A stretch of 10,643 bases of DNA from a virus (Duplodnaviria; Heunggongvirae; Uroviricota; Caudoviricetes): IMG/VR virus record IMGVR_UViG_2548876868_000025. The stretch is one strand, 5' to 3'. Positions 1 to 6,465 of the stretch are shown one piece after another. A program made the position numbers and the translations under genes. Below the pieces are notes generated by a model, which was not told the origin of the DNA, did no database searches, and worked only from the letters and a program-made list of their open reading frames with translations. How positions within the stretch are numbered: the first letter of the stretch is position 1; the number at the start of each line of letters is the position of its first letter.

Positions 1-291
1 TTACCGCCGTAACCGCTCCGGCTTCTTCCAGTGGTACGTAATTTTTGCTTTTTCCCTGTACGTCTGCACGCGGCGACGGTAGGCCAGCATTTCAAGAACG
101 CGGATCCGTATGTTGCGCATATCCACATCATTAAGCTGGATACCATCACGGCGCATCACCTCAGCAACCACACGCGCGTAATTTTCGGCGGTCACGCTGT
201 CCGGCTGCGCGGTCTGTTCGTCAGCCTGCTGGCTGATTCCGGCGACGCGGCGGATTAATCCCAGTAGTTCGGCTTCTGTCATTGTGCCCAC
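1..291 (-). CDS. hypothetical protein (93-96 aa)
   Basis: Complete ORF with stop at 1-3; start is GTG at 291 or ATG at 282 (MTEAELLGLIRR...). No family recognised. Lies just beyond cos1. Confidence 0.4.
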   Translation of the reverse strand: MGTMTEAELLGLIRRVAGISQQADEQTAQPDSVTAENYARVVAEVMRRDGIQLNDVDMRNIRIRVLEMLAYRRRVQTYREKAKITYHWKKPERLRR

Positions 292-317
292 ATCGCTCTG
301 ATAGTCTGGTGTCGTAG

Positions 318-537
318 GGTCCTTCCTGGAATTATGGCCCGTTACGGGGCGGCGACCTCGCGCGTTTTCGCTATTTATGAAAATTTTTAGGGAAAAAGCA
401 GATCCGTTCTTCTTCTCTGTAACAGAATGTTTAACAATGAAAATATTAAAAAAAGAAAGGATCTTACACGAGGCATTTTAGCCAGAAAATGCCATTATCA
501 GATCCTTTCTCATTTTTGTTCAATAATTGCGCGTCTG
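318..537 (+). other. cos1: lambda-type cohesive-end site (cosN 347-358, followed by a lambda-like cosB region)
   Basis: Plus strand reads cgttacg GGGCGGCGACCT cgcgcgttttcgctatttatgaaaattttt, nearly identical to the phage lambda left end as recalled. Downstream blocks ccgttcttcttc, aaaagaaagga, tcctttctc and tttttgt mirror lambda cosB R-site/IHF-region sequence. Confidence 0.75.
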
Positions 538-1080
538 TTACTCGCCTTTCTTCTGTAGCAACTTTTCCGGTACGTTTCCGGTTGTTTCTTTCAAGTAATC
601 AGCCAGTATCTGTGGGAGGTTGTCGGCAACTCTGGCACTGGCATTACAGGCTTTAACCACTTCCCTTTTAAGCCTATCCAGCATGGCGGGGGTAATCTGT
701 GGGAAGCTCCTTTGCATAGTAAGCGGGAGGCTGTCCATGATTGATGAAATCTGACTCGCCAGCTTTGAAAGCGCGTACAGGCAAAACTCAGTATCAATCA
801 CGTTACCGCGATCGCGCTCGTTTTTAAGTTCCTGCGCCTCCGCCTGTACTGTCAGTAATCTGATCCTGACTCGTAAGAGTTCATCATCATCAATCTCGCC
901 TTTGTCGTTTGTAAGCTGGCTAATTGCATTGTTAACCCTATTGTCTATCACGCTGGCAACATCATAAAACGCCTCACGGCCTTTACGTTCAACGGGTGTC
1001 ACTCCCCACTTGTCGAACGCTGTCGCACTTACACGGCAGCTTTTCGCCATGTTTTTTTTGTTCATCAGGTGCGATTTCAT
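538..1080 (-). CDS. terminase small subunit, lambda Nu1-like
   Basis: 180 aa. The C-terminal half aligns by eye to lambda Nu1 (RLLTVQAEAQELKNERDRGNVIDTEFCLYALSKLASQISSIMDSLPLTMQRSFP versus RLTRAQADAQELKNARDSAEVVETAFCTFVLSRIAGEIASILDGLPLSVQRRFP). N-terminal NKK...W motif is in a similar position; alternative start is ATG at 1065. A cos site lies about 135 bp upstream, as in lambda. Confidence 0.85.
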   Translation of the reverse strand: MKSHLMNKKNMAKSCRVSATAFDKWGVTPVERKGREAFYDVASVIDNRVNNAISQLTNDKGEIDDDELLRVRIRLLTVQAEAQELKNERDRGNVIDTEFCLYALSKLASQISSIMDSLPLTMQRSFPQITPAMLDRLKREVVKACNASARVADNLPQILADYLKETTGNVPEKLLQKKGE

Positions 1081-1120
1081 TAATACACCAACTTAATTAC
1101 TGCTTCAGGTTGGTGTATTG
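1081..1120 (-). promoter_or_regulatory. Inverted repeat (11-12 bp arms, 16-nt spacer) abutting the terS start codon
   Basis: taATACACCAAC (1081-1092) and GTTGGTGTATtg (1109-1120) are reverse complements. On the minus strand the 3' arm ends 2 nt before the terS ATG. Confidence 0.5.
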
Positions 1121-1180
1121 TTTGCATCTTTCCCTTTTCATTCATAAAGATAGAGCAAACAACAAAACCACCACCGCCAA

Positions 1181-1256
1181 CCCGAAAAGGCTCATAAATA
1201 GCGAAAATCCGCGAGGTCGCCGCCCCGTAACGGGTCCATATGCCGGAAAGGACCCG
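1181..1256 (-). other. cos2: lambda-type cohesive-end site (cosN 1214-1225 on the minus strand), upstream of and colinear with the Nu1-like gene
   Basis: Minus strand reads acgggtcctttccgg...cgttacg GGGCGGCGACCT cgcggattttcgctatttatga. The core 23 bp is identical to cos1 and the upstream flank resembles the lambda right end (ACGGGTCCTTTCCGG). Confidence 0.75.
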
Positions 1257-1257
1257 T

Positions 1258-1280
1258 AAAAAAAGCCGGATTTCTCCGGC
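1258..1280 (-). terminator. rho-independent terminator after the 137-aa gene
   Basis: Hairpin GCCGGAtttcTCCGGC (1265-1280) followed on the minus strand by a 7-U run (1258-1264), 5 nt after the stop at 1286-1288. Confidence 0.7.
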
Positions 1281-1285
1281 CTGTC

Positions 1286-1699
1286 TCAGATGGTTTTCAG
1301 TATGCGATCGATGTCGCGGTCATCGCCCGGCTTTCTGCCATCGTATGCCATGCCTGCTGATACGGCTTGCGGGCTGTGCATGTCCATAAAGTTTTCAAAG
1401 GCTGCGGTAAGCTCTGGTGCAACCTTCTGGCGTTCCTGCTCTATGGTCATGCTAAGGATGCTTTTAGCCGTACCAACATCGATACAAGGCACGTTTGCCA
1501 TTGCACGTAACAGCGGCTGATAGTCGCCAGATTCATCAAGCGCCATAATCGCATCAGAGCGCGGCTTGTCCTGCTCTTCCAGTTTGTTGAGTTGATATAC
1601 GGCCTCGTAGGTTGATAACCCTCTGTCAGCCATTGCCCGCGCTTCGGCTTTAAATTTACTCGCCAGCGGTAGCGTCATGATGCTTTCATTCGTTGCCAT
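1286..1699 (-). CDS. hypothetical protein (137 aa), last gene of the capsid operon
   Basis: ORF tightly packed after the gpD-like gene (12-bp gap) and followed by a terminator. Sits where lambda has FI, but no similarity to a known family could be confirmed. Confidence 0.55.
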   Translation of the reverse strand: MATNESIMTLPLASKFKAEARAMADRGLSTYEAVYQLNKLEEQDKPRSDAIMALDESGDYQPLLRAMANVPCIDVGTAKSILSMTIEQERQKVAPELTAAFENFMDMHSPQAVSAGMAYDGRKPGDDRDIDRILKTI

Positions 1700-1711
1700 C
1701 GTTCCCCCTGC

Positions 1712-2056
1712 TTATCGCGCCAGCGGCTGAACGGATACGCCAGAACCCGCAAAGGCGGCGCATTTTTTCGCATCGGTGTCGACGCTCTCAGGCCAGTTAA
1801 CGGCGGCGATATTAAATATCCCCGTCTTATAGCACTGTGCTGATTTCTGCGTCGACGTGTCAACGGGGTACGAGGTCAGATAAACAGCCTTGCCAGATTC
1901 CTGACCATCCCACGGCTTAAACTCGCCATTGTCCGCCAGCATCAGCGGGGTAAATTCCTGAATAACGCCAGCATCAGCGGCAAAATGTACCAGCGTCGTT
2001 GATACCTGCTGACTGCCTGCAAATAACTCAATGTATGGAGTGTTCATAGAATCCAC
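1712..2056 (-). CDS. head decoration protein, lambda gpD-like
   Basis: 114 aa. TPLMLADNGEFKPWDG...CYKTGIFNIAAVNWPESVDTDAKKCAAFAGSGVSV parallels lambda gpD TPLMLDTSSRKLVAWDG...[35 protein letters not shown]. Only 2 bp separate it from the capsid gene. Confidence 0.8.
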   Translation of the reverse strand: MDSMNTPYIELFAGSQQVSTTLVHFAADAGVIQEFTPLMLADNGEFKPWDGQESGKAVYLTSYPVDTSTQKSAQCYKTGIFNIAAVNWPESVDTDAKKCAAFAGSGVSVQPLAR

Positions 2057-2058
2057 CG

Positions 2059-3114
2059 TTAACCAATTTTGACGGTAACAAATTTTCGAATATCTGCCGG
2101 AACAGGCTGCGGTGCGCTGTGTGTCTGCACGTACTCAATCGCCGGATCGCCGTCTTCAATCCAGTTTTTCGGGTAAAACATGTTTTGCGTTGCGCCCGTT
2201 CTTACCGCTTCCTGTTCCATAATCGCACCATAGGCCACCAGCCCTTTATTGTTGGTGTTGCCCAGGACCAGCAAATCAGGCTCAAGGAAATATTTTTCTG
2301 TGCCGTCGCTGTCAGTGTATTTGCCGGAATAGACGATAAGGGCCAGATCACCAAGATAGCCTTTAAAGCTCACCACTTCGCCCAGGTTTTTACATGCCAG
2401 CTCTGCGGCGGATTCTGAACCACGGGAGAGATCGTACAGTTCACGGAATTTTTTAAAGCTGCGTAACATGCGCCATACATCAACGCCCATAATCATGACG
2501 TTGGCGGGGCAACCTGCCTGATCTGCGTATAGTTCAATGTCATATATTGGGTCGTGTATGTCTTTATCCTGCTCAGACCATTTTTTACCGTCGGCCTGCT
2601 CTATGATGTTTTTTTCCGGTATCTTCCAGTCGATTTCATAGCGTTCTATGCCTTCGCCCTCAATGATGTTTTTTCCGGTCGTTACCGCATTCACCGCCAG
2701 CCATTCAACGCGTGCCTTAATGGCGTTTATCTGGCGGCGCATGTTGCCAGTAATCAGGCGCATACGGCGGTAGGTAGGATCGTTAAGCTGTGCCGGATCT
2801 TCTCCAGCCATGCGCATTATTGTTTTTAATGGATCGATTTCGTGTTTTGGCTTCATGTAGCCAGGGCGGATAATGCTGGTTTCGTACCCTTTATCGCGCT
2901 GAACCTGGCTGCCAACCATAGGCGAACAAAACGCCGACATAGTGACTTCTTCAATATCCAGGTTATCTAACATGATGTCCTGCGTGTTGAATGTCGCCAC
3001 GTTCGGGAAAAACAGCGCGGTAAACAGCGGACTAAATTTAAATTCCGCAATATCCTCGCGATTCAGGTACGCGAAAAGCTGGTGTGTGTTAAGTGCTATT
3101 GCTTTGACTGCCAT
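2059..3114 (-). CDS. major capsid protein, lambda gpE family
   Basis: 351 aa. Multiple blocks match lambda gpE: FKFSPLF/FKFDPLF, RPGYMKPKHEIDP/TPGYVKPKHEVNP, EDPAQLNDPTYRRMRLI/EDPQNLADPAYRRRRII, YPKNWIEDGDPA/YPKNWVTTGDPA. Length matches gpE (341 aa). Confidence 0.9.
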   Translation of the reverse strand: MAVKAIALNTHQLFAYLNREDIAEFKFSPLFTALFFPNVATFNTQDIMLDNLDIEEVTMSAFCSPMVGSQVQRDKGYETSIIRPGYMKPKHEIDPLKTIMRMAGEDPAQLNDPTYRRMRLITGNMRRQINAIKARVEWLAVNAVTTGKNIIEGEGIERYEIDWKIPEKNIIEQADGKKWSEQDKDIHDPIYDIELYADQAGCPANVMIMGVDVWRMLRSFKKFRELYDLSRGSESAAELACKNLGEVVSFKGYLGDLALIVYSGKYTDSDGTEKYFLEPDLLVLGNTNNKGLVAYGAIMEQEAVRTGATQNMFYPKNWIEDGDPAIEYVQTHSAPQPVPADIRKFVTVKIG

Positions 3115-3320
3115 TATTCGCCCCCATAATTTTTGTGCATCCCAAGCGCCGCAAGTAAATAAGATCGCACAAGTGAACCTATCGACGGCTCCGGCGTCAT
3201 CAGCGGATCCAGTCCAGCCGCAACGCCAGCTTCATAGTTTTTTTTGTGGCGCTGCTTGAGCACCTCCACGATTTCGGGGCTTATGTACACCGAAACACCG
3301 CCTTTTTTCTCTTCAGCCAT
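3114..3320 (-). CDS. small protein (68 aa) translationally coupled to the capsid gene; possible ribbon-helix-helix fold, or a small scaffold-like factor
   Basis: TAATG stop/start overlap with the capsid gene. SD-like AGAGGAA upstream of the ATG at 3320. VSVYISPEIVEVLKQ resembles an RHH beta-strand plus helix; function unassigned. Confidence 0.5.
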   Translation of the reverse strand: MAEEKKGGVSVYISPEIVEVLKQRHKKNYEAGVAAGLDPLMTPEPSIGSLVRSYLLAALGMHKNYGGE

Positions 3321-3349
3321 AGTAAGAAATTCCTCTTCGACTAAAAAAA

Positions 3350-3410
3350 TTATAACTGGATGTTTATCCAGTCCTGATTATAATCAGAATTGCATTTTAT
3401 GCAATGATAT
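3350..3410 (-). promoter_or_regulatory. Candidate sigma70 promoter of the capsid operon, overlapped by three palindromes
   Basis: On the minus strand: TTGCAT, a 16-bp spacer, then TATAAT. Palindromes TTGCATtttATGCAA (3391-3405), CTGATTATAATCAG (3374-3387, containing the -10) and CTGGATgtttATCCAG (3356-3371, near the expected transcription start). Confidence 0.5.
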
Positions 3411-3485
3411 TGAGTTATGTTGCAAATTATGAAATGATTATCCCGATCACGAACGCCAGTGCATCCAAAAACCTCATATGCAAAA

Positions 3486-3523
3486 GCCCGATAAGAACCC
3501 TCTGACCTTATCGGGCTTTTTTT
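3486..3523 (+). terminator. rho-independent terminator oriented on the plus strand, with no obvious plus-strand gene upstream
   Basis: Perfect 10-bp stem GCCCGATAAG / CTTATCGGGC (3486-3495 and 3507-3516) followed by 7 T (3517-3523). Confidence 0.6.
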
Positions 3524-3529
3524 GGGCGC

Positions 3530-3551
3530 AAAAAAGCCGGATTGCTCCGGC
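3530..3551 (-). terminator. rho-independent terminator after the 74-aa gene
   Basis: Hairpin GCCGGAttgcTCCGGC (3536-3551) followed on the minus strand by a 6-U run (3530-3535). Confidence 0.7.
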
Positions 3552-3571
3552 TATGTGTGCTGTGTGCTGGC

Positions 3572-3796
3572 TCAGTCTCTGATCTCTTTCAGAAATTCTA
3601 TCAATGCATCTATCTGTTCAGGATTTACCGCCAGCATTTCACCGGATAGAGCACATCTCACAAAACCATGCTGATCCTTTTCAATCAGTGCGCCCGTCTC
3701 CAGGAATGCGCGGTAATCATTGATGCTCATCGTCTCCATGTTGTCAGCATGGTATTTATCACGCTGTTTTAATATCTCATCAAATTTCATCGGCAT
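3572..3796 (-). CDS. hypothetical protein (74 aa), stand-alone transcription unit
   Basis: ATG at 3796 with a GAGGAA SD 9 nt upstream. Bracketed by terminators at 3893-3915 (upstream) and 3530-3551 (downstream). No family recognised. Confidence 0.55.
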   Translation of the reverse strand: MPMKFDEILKQRDKYHADNMETMSINDYRAFLETGALIEKDQHGFVRCALSGEMLAVNPEQIDALIEFLKEIRD

Positions 3797-3892
3797 TGTT
3801 TTTTTCCTCTGTTGTGTCTGTTTGTTTCAGATAGTAACTATGCCTGACCGTGACGAAAACCCGGTAATGCGCCATACCGTTTCAACTGGTGC

Positions 3893-3915
3893 AAAAAAAG
3901 CCGGATTTCTCCGGC
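3893..3915 (-). terminator. rho-independent terminator after the 90-aa gene
   Basis: Hairpin GCCGGAtttcTCCGGC (3900-3915) followed on the minus strand by a 7-U run (3893-3899); the stop codon is at 3923-3925. Confidence 0.7.
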
Positions 3916-3922
3916 TGTTTGA

Positions 3923-4195
3923 TTAGCTGTCTTGGTAATTGCGCCATATTTCATCACCAGCACCATCTATACCCATTTCGGCATAAGTGCGATCGACTGC
4001 CTTTTTCAGGTCTCCGAAATTATCCGGCGGCTCCGGTGCCCTCTGTGCCTTCCTTGAACATTCCAGCCGTCGCATCGTGATGTGATGCCGTTCCTTGTCT
4101 GTCTCCACCAGCTGCATGACTTCACCCCATCGCGCCGCCGCCCTCCGGTAAAAGCCTTTCGCCTCCAGTTCCTCCGCTATGCGGTCATGTACCAT
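3923..4195 (-). CDS. hypothetical small protein (90 aa); weak resemblance to ANR-type small regulators
   Basis: ATG at 4195 preceded by GAGGGGG. The longer 130-aa reading frame would overlap ssb, so the short start is preferred. Motif IAEELEAKGFYRRAAARWGEV resembles an ANR-like helical pattern, unverified. Confidence 0.45.
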   Translation of the reverse strand: MVHDRIAEELEAKGFYRRAAARWGEVMQLVETDKERHHITMRRLECSRKAQRAPEPPDNFGDLKKAVDRTYAEMGIDGAGDEIWRNYQDS

Positions 4196-4205
4196 CGTCA
4201 CCCCC

Positions 4206-4616
4206 TCAGAACGAAATATCATCACCGTAAGGGTCATCGCCTCCCGCTGGTGGCTGATTACCCTGTGTGCCTGTGGTTTTGCGTCTGTTCCCGCCTGGAC
4301 GTGCCGCGCGGGCACTGATTACGCTGTCTGCGATAACCTGCCAGCCCTGCCGCGTTTCTCCGTTCTGTCCGGTCCACTGGCTTACCTGCATCGTGCCGGA
4401 TACGCTGGCAACATCGCCTTTTTGATGTTTAGCCAGGAAGTCGGCCTGTTTGCCAAATGCGATGACCGATAACCATAACGTCGCCTGTCCGTCCTGTGCC
4501 TGGCTGCATGGCAAAGATACCGCCATACGCGCCAGCGTCATCGGTGTGCCCTTGCTGGTCTGTTTTACCTGCGGGTCGTCCACCAGCCGCCCGTAAGCGG
4601 CTATCTGTGCCGTCAT
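4206..4616 (-). CDS. ssb: single-stranded DNA-binding protein
   Basis: 136 aa. OB-fold-like core (LWLSVIAFGKQADFLAKHQKGDVASVSGTMQVSQWTGQNGETRQGWQVIADSV), Gly/Pro/Gln-rich linker and acidic C-terminal tail DDPYGDDISF, comparable to the E. coli SSB DDDIPF tail. ATGA overlap with the upstream gene. Confidence 0.85.
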   Translation of the reverse strand: MTAQIAAYGRLVDDPQVKQTSKGTPMTLARMAVSLPCSQAQDGQATLWLSVIAFGKQADFLAKHQKGDVASVSGTMQVSQWTGQNGETRQGWQVIADSVISARAARPGGNRRKTTGTQGNQPPAGGDDPYGDDISF

Positions 4617-4882
4617 AATTCCACCTCTCCGGTTTTAACGTTGATGGTTGTTACCTGTTCCGCTTCGGCAATCTCCCGTTCTGTCAACGTGGCAAAGTTT
4701 GCCGCTGCTGTGGTCATGAATGCGCTTATCAGGTCGGGATGTTCCTTCGCGTATCCTTCCCCTGCGTGGCGGTCTATTACCCTGATTGCCACCTTTAAGG
4801 CGTGCTCTGTCATGTCTAACGCTTTATATTTCGGCTCTGTTCTGTCTCTGCGCATTTTGGTTATCTCCTCACTCATGCTCAC
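4613..4882 (-). CDS. hypothetical protein (87-89 aa), translationally coupled to ssb
   Basis: Start is GTG at 4882 or ATG at 4876, with GTGAGG upstream. No family recognised. Confidence 0.55.
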   Translation of the reverse strand: MSMSEEITKMRRDRTEPKYKALDMTEHALKVAIRVIDRHAGEGYAKEHPDLISAFMTTAAANFATLTEREIAEAEQVTTINVKTGEVEL

Positions 4883-5068
4883 TTTTACGCCTCACTTTTT
4901 AAAGCGTCTCGCTTCGTCTCACTTGAGATTTTTGTGTTTTGTATGCGCATGTTTCATAAGTGTTTTTTTTACGCCTCACTTTTGAGCATGTATACAGGTG
5001 AGAAAGTGAGCAATCGTGTTAATATTTTGTAAAAACCTCACCATTACTCACTTTTGCTACTCACTTTT
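4878..5068. repeat. Iteron array (candidate replication origin) immediately 3' of the replicase gene
   Basis: CTCACTTTT direct repeats at 4878, 4891, 4975, 5047 and 5060, a variant CTCACTTGA at 4918 and an inverted copy in GTGAGAAAGTGAG (4998-5010). An AT-rich tract lies between them (4921-4970). Confidence 0.6.
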
Positions 5069-6465
5069 TACAGTGGTCCTACATCATCACCATCAATGTA
5101 AATCACGGCGTCTTTTTCCAGTTTGGCTAACCATCGCCGCATATTTTTCACGTCATACCCAAGCCGTTTCATGTCATCACGTAACAGCGGGATCGTGCAC
5201 TTGTCGCCGTTCTGTGTACGTGAACGGATGCACCCCCATAGCGCGGTATGGTTTTCCGTCTTGTTGCCTGCCTCCTCGATGCGCTCCAGTTCAACGGGAG
5301 GGCGCGGCTTATCCACCACCACCAGCGACGTGATTAACTCCCCGTCAGCGTCGGTAAAAAGCTCCACCACGCGTAAGTCATATGCGGCTTCTTTGAGTTC
5401 CTCCGCGTCCTTCATTTTGGTGCATGAGATAACCAGCGCTTCGCTGCCTGCGTCCTCCCTGCGTATCCGGTATTCAGCGTCCAGTGATGCACGAAATGCA
5501 CTGGAACCACGCGCCCCCTTTGTTTCATCCTTGCCGGAATGGTGAACCACCAGCACCGTGGCCCCTGTGCGCCGTTTCAGTTCGTCACAACCACGGATAA
5601 ACGCCCCCATATCACGGGAATCATTTTCATCATTACCACCAAAGCAACGCGCCAGCGTATCCAGAATAATCATGCGTACAGGTTTACCCGTTTCCCGCTC
5701 CACCTGACGGGCAGCGATAACCATTTCATCAACATCAAACGGGGCAGCCGGAAAGATGGGACGGTTTACCAGGTACAGATTTTTCACCTGCTCACCGTGC
5801 ACAACTTCCCACGCTCTCACGCGACGCGGTACACCAATACCGCCTTCACCAACCACATAGAGGACCGCACCATGTGCAACCCTGCGGCCTCCCCAGTGGC
5901 GACCCGTTGAAACGTGACACGCCCACGAACCAGCAAGGAACGACTTATATGAACCGCTCGCCCCGTATATGCTGCATAGCGACGATGCCGGAATAATCCC
6001 CTTTACCACGTAATCTAATTGCGTGTCGTATCCGGCAGATCCAACGCTCATCGGTAGCGTGGTTTTTCGCTGGTGGCTCAGGCTTTCCCCGCGTTCCCAT
6101 GTCTCCCTAAGCCGTGGAAGCTGGTCGCTCCATTCCTCCAGCAATTCGAAATTTTCAGAAAACAGGCGCGCTTCCTGGACTCCTGCGATTGCCAGTTTCG
6201 TGGCGATGGTTAACAACTGCACTTCGTCAATATTTCCGGCACGTATCACTTTCGCCCTGAACCGACCTTTATCAACAATCTGCAAGTTATCCAGTTCGCT
6301 TAACTGATAACGCCCCAGGTAAACGGGAGGGACTGGATCGCCTGCTTTTTTGGCCTGTGCAATGATGTAGTGCTCTGCAAATGAGTGAGCATTATCACCC
6401 GCAAAAATAACCGCTTCGGTGTGTTTATCTTTCGGTAACAGTTTTACATTCGGTGCCAGTTTCAT
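5068..6465 (-). CDS. replication protein with a RecA-like/AAA ATPase core (primase-helicase-type replicase of P4/PICI-like elements)
   Basis: 465 aa. Walker A GASGSYKS and Walker B-like MIILDT followed by an acidic stretch; unassigned N-terminal domain of about 150 aa; C-terminal DNA-binding-like tail. ATGA overlap with the upstream gene. Confidence 0.85.
   Translation of the reverse strand: MKLAPNVKLLPKDKHTEAVIFAGDNAHSFAEHYIIAQAKKAGDPVPPVYLGRYQLSELDNLQIVDKGRFRAKVIRAGNIDEVQLLTIATKLAIAGVQEARLFSENFELLEEWSDQLPRLRETWERGESLSHQRKTTLPMSVGSAGYDTQLDYVVKGIIPASSLCSIYGASGSYKSFLAGSWACHVSTGRHWGGRRVAHGAVLYVVGEGGIGVPRRVRAWEVVHGEQVKNLYLVNRPIFPAAPFDVDEMVIAARQVERETGKPVRMIILDTLARCFGGNDENDSRDMGAFIRGCDELKRRTGATVLVVHHSGKDETKGARGSSAFRASLDAEYRIRREDAGSEALVISCTKMKDAEELKEAAYDLRVVELFTDADGELITSLVVVDKPRPPVELERIEEAGNKTENHTALWGCIRSRTQNGDKCTIPLLRDDMKRLGYDVKNMRRWLAKLEKDAVIYIDGDDVGPL

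Noticed and set aside
31-258. 75-aa plus-strand ORF at the left edge
   Set aside because: It is antisense to the 96-aa minus-strand ORF, is His/Ala-rich and has no start context. The minus-strand frame is kept as the marginally better candidate.
2119-3259. Plus-strand ORFs (2119-2418, 2554-2829, 2942-3259) inside the capsid gene region
   Set aside because: They are antisense to a strongly supported gpE-like gene and have low-complexity, hydrophobic or Cys-rich composition without start signals.
4878-5068. Possibility that the CTCACTTTT repeats are a CRISPR array
   Set aside because: The repeats are only 9 bp, irregularly spaced (13 to 72 bp), include an inverted copy, and sit directly 3' of a replicase. 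This fits iterons, not CRISPR repeats and spacers.
5123-6307. Plus-strand ORFs (5123-5545, 5539-5910, 6023-6307) inside the replicase gene region
   Set aside because: They are antisense to the Walker-motif-containing replicase and have Ser/Thr/Arg-rich shadow-ORF composition.
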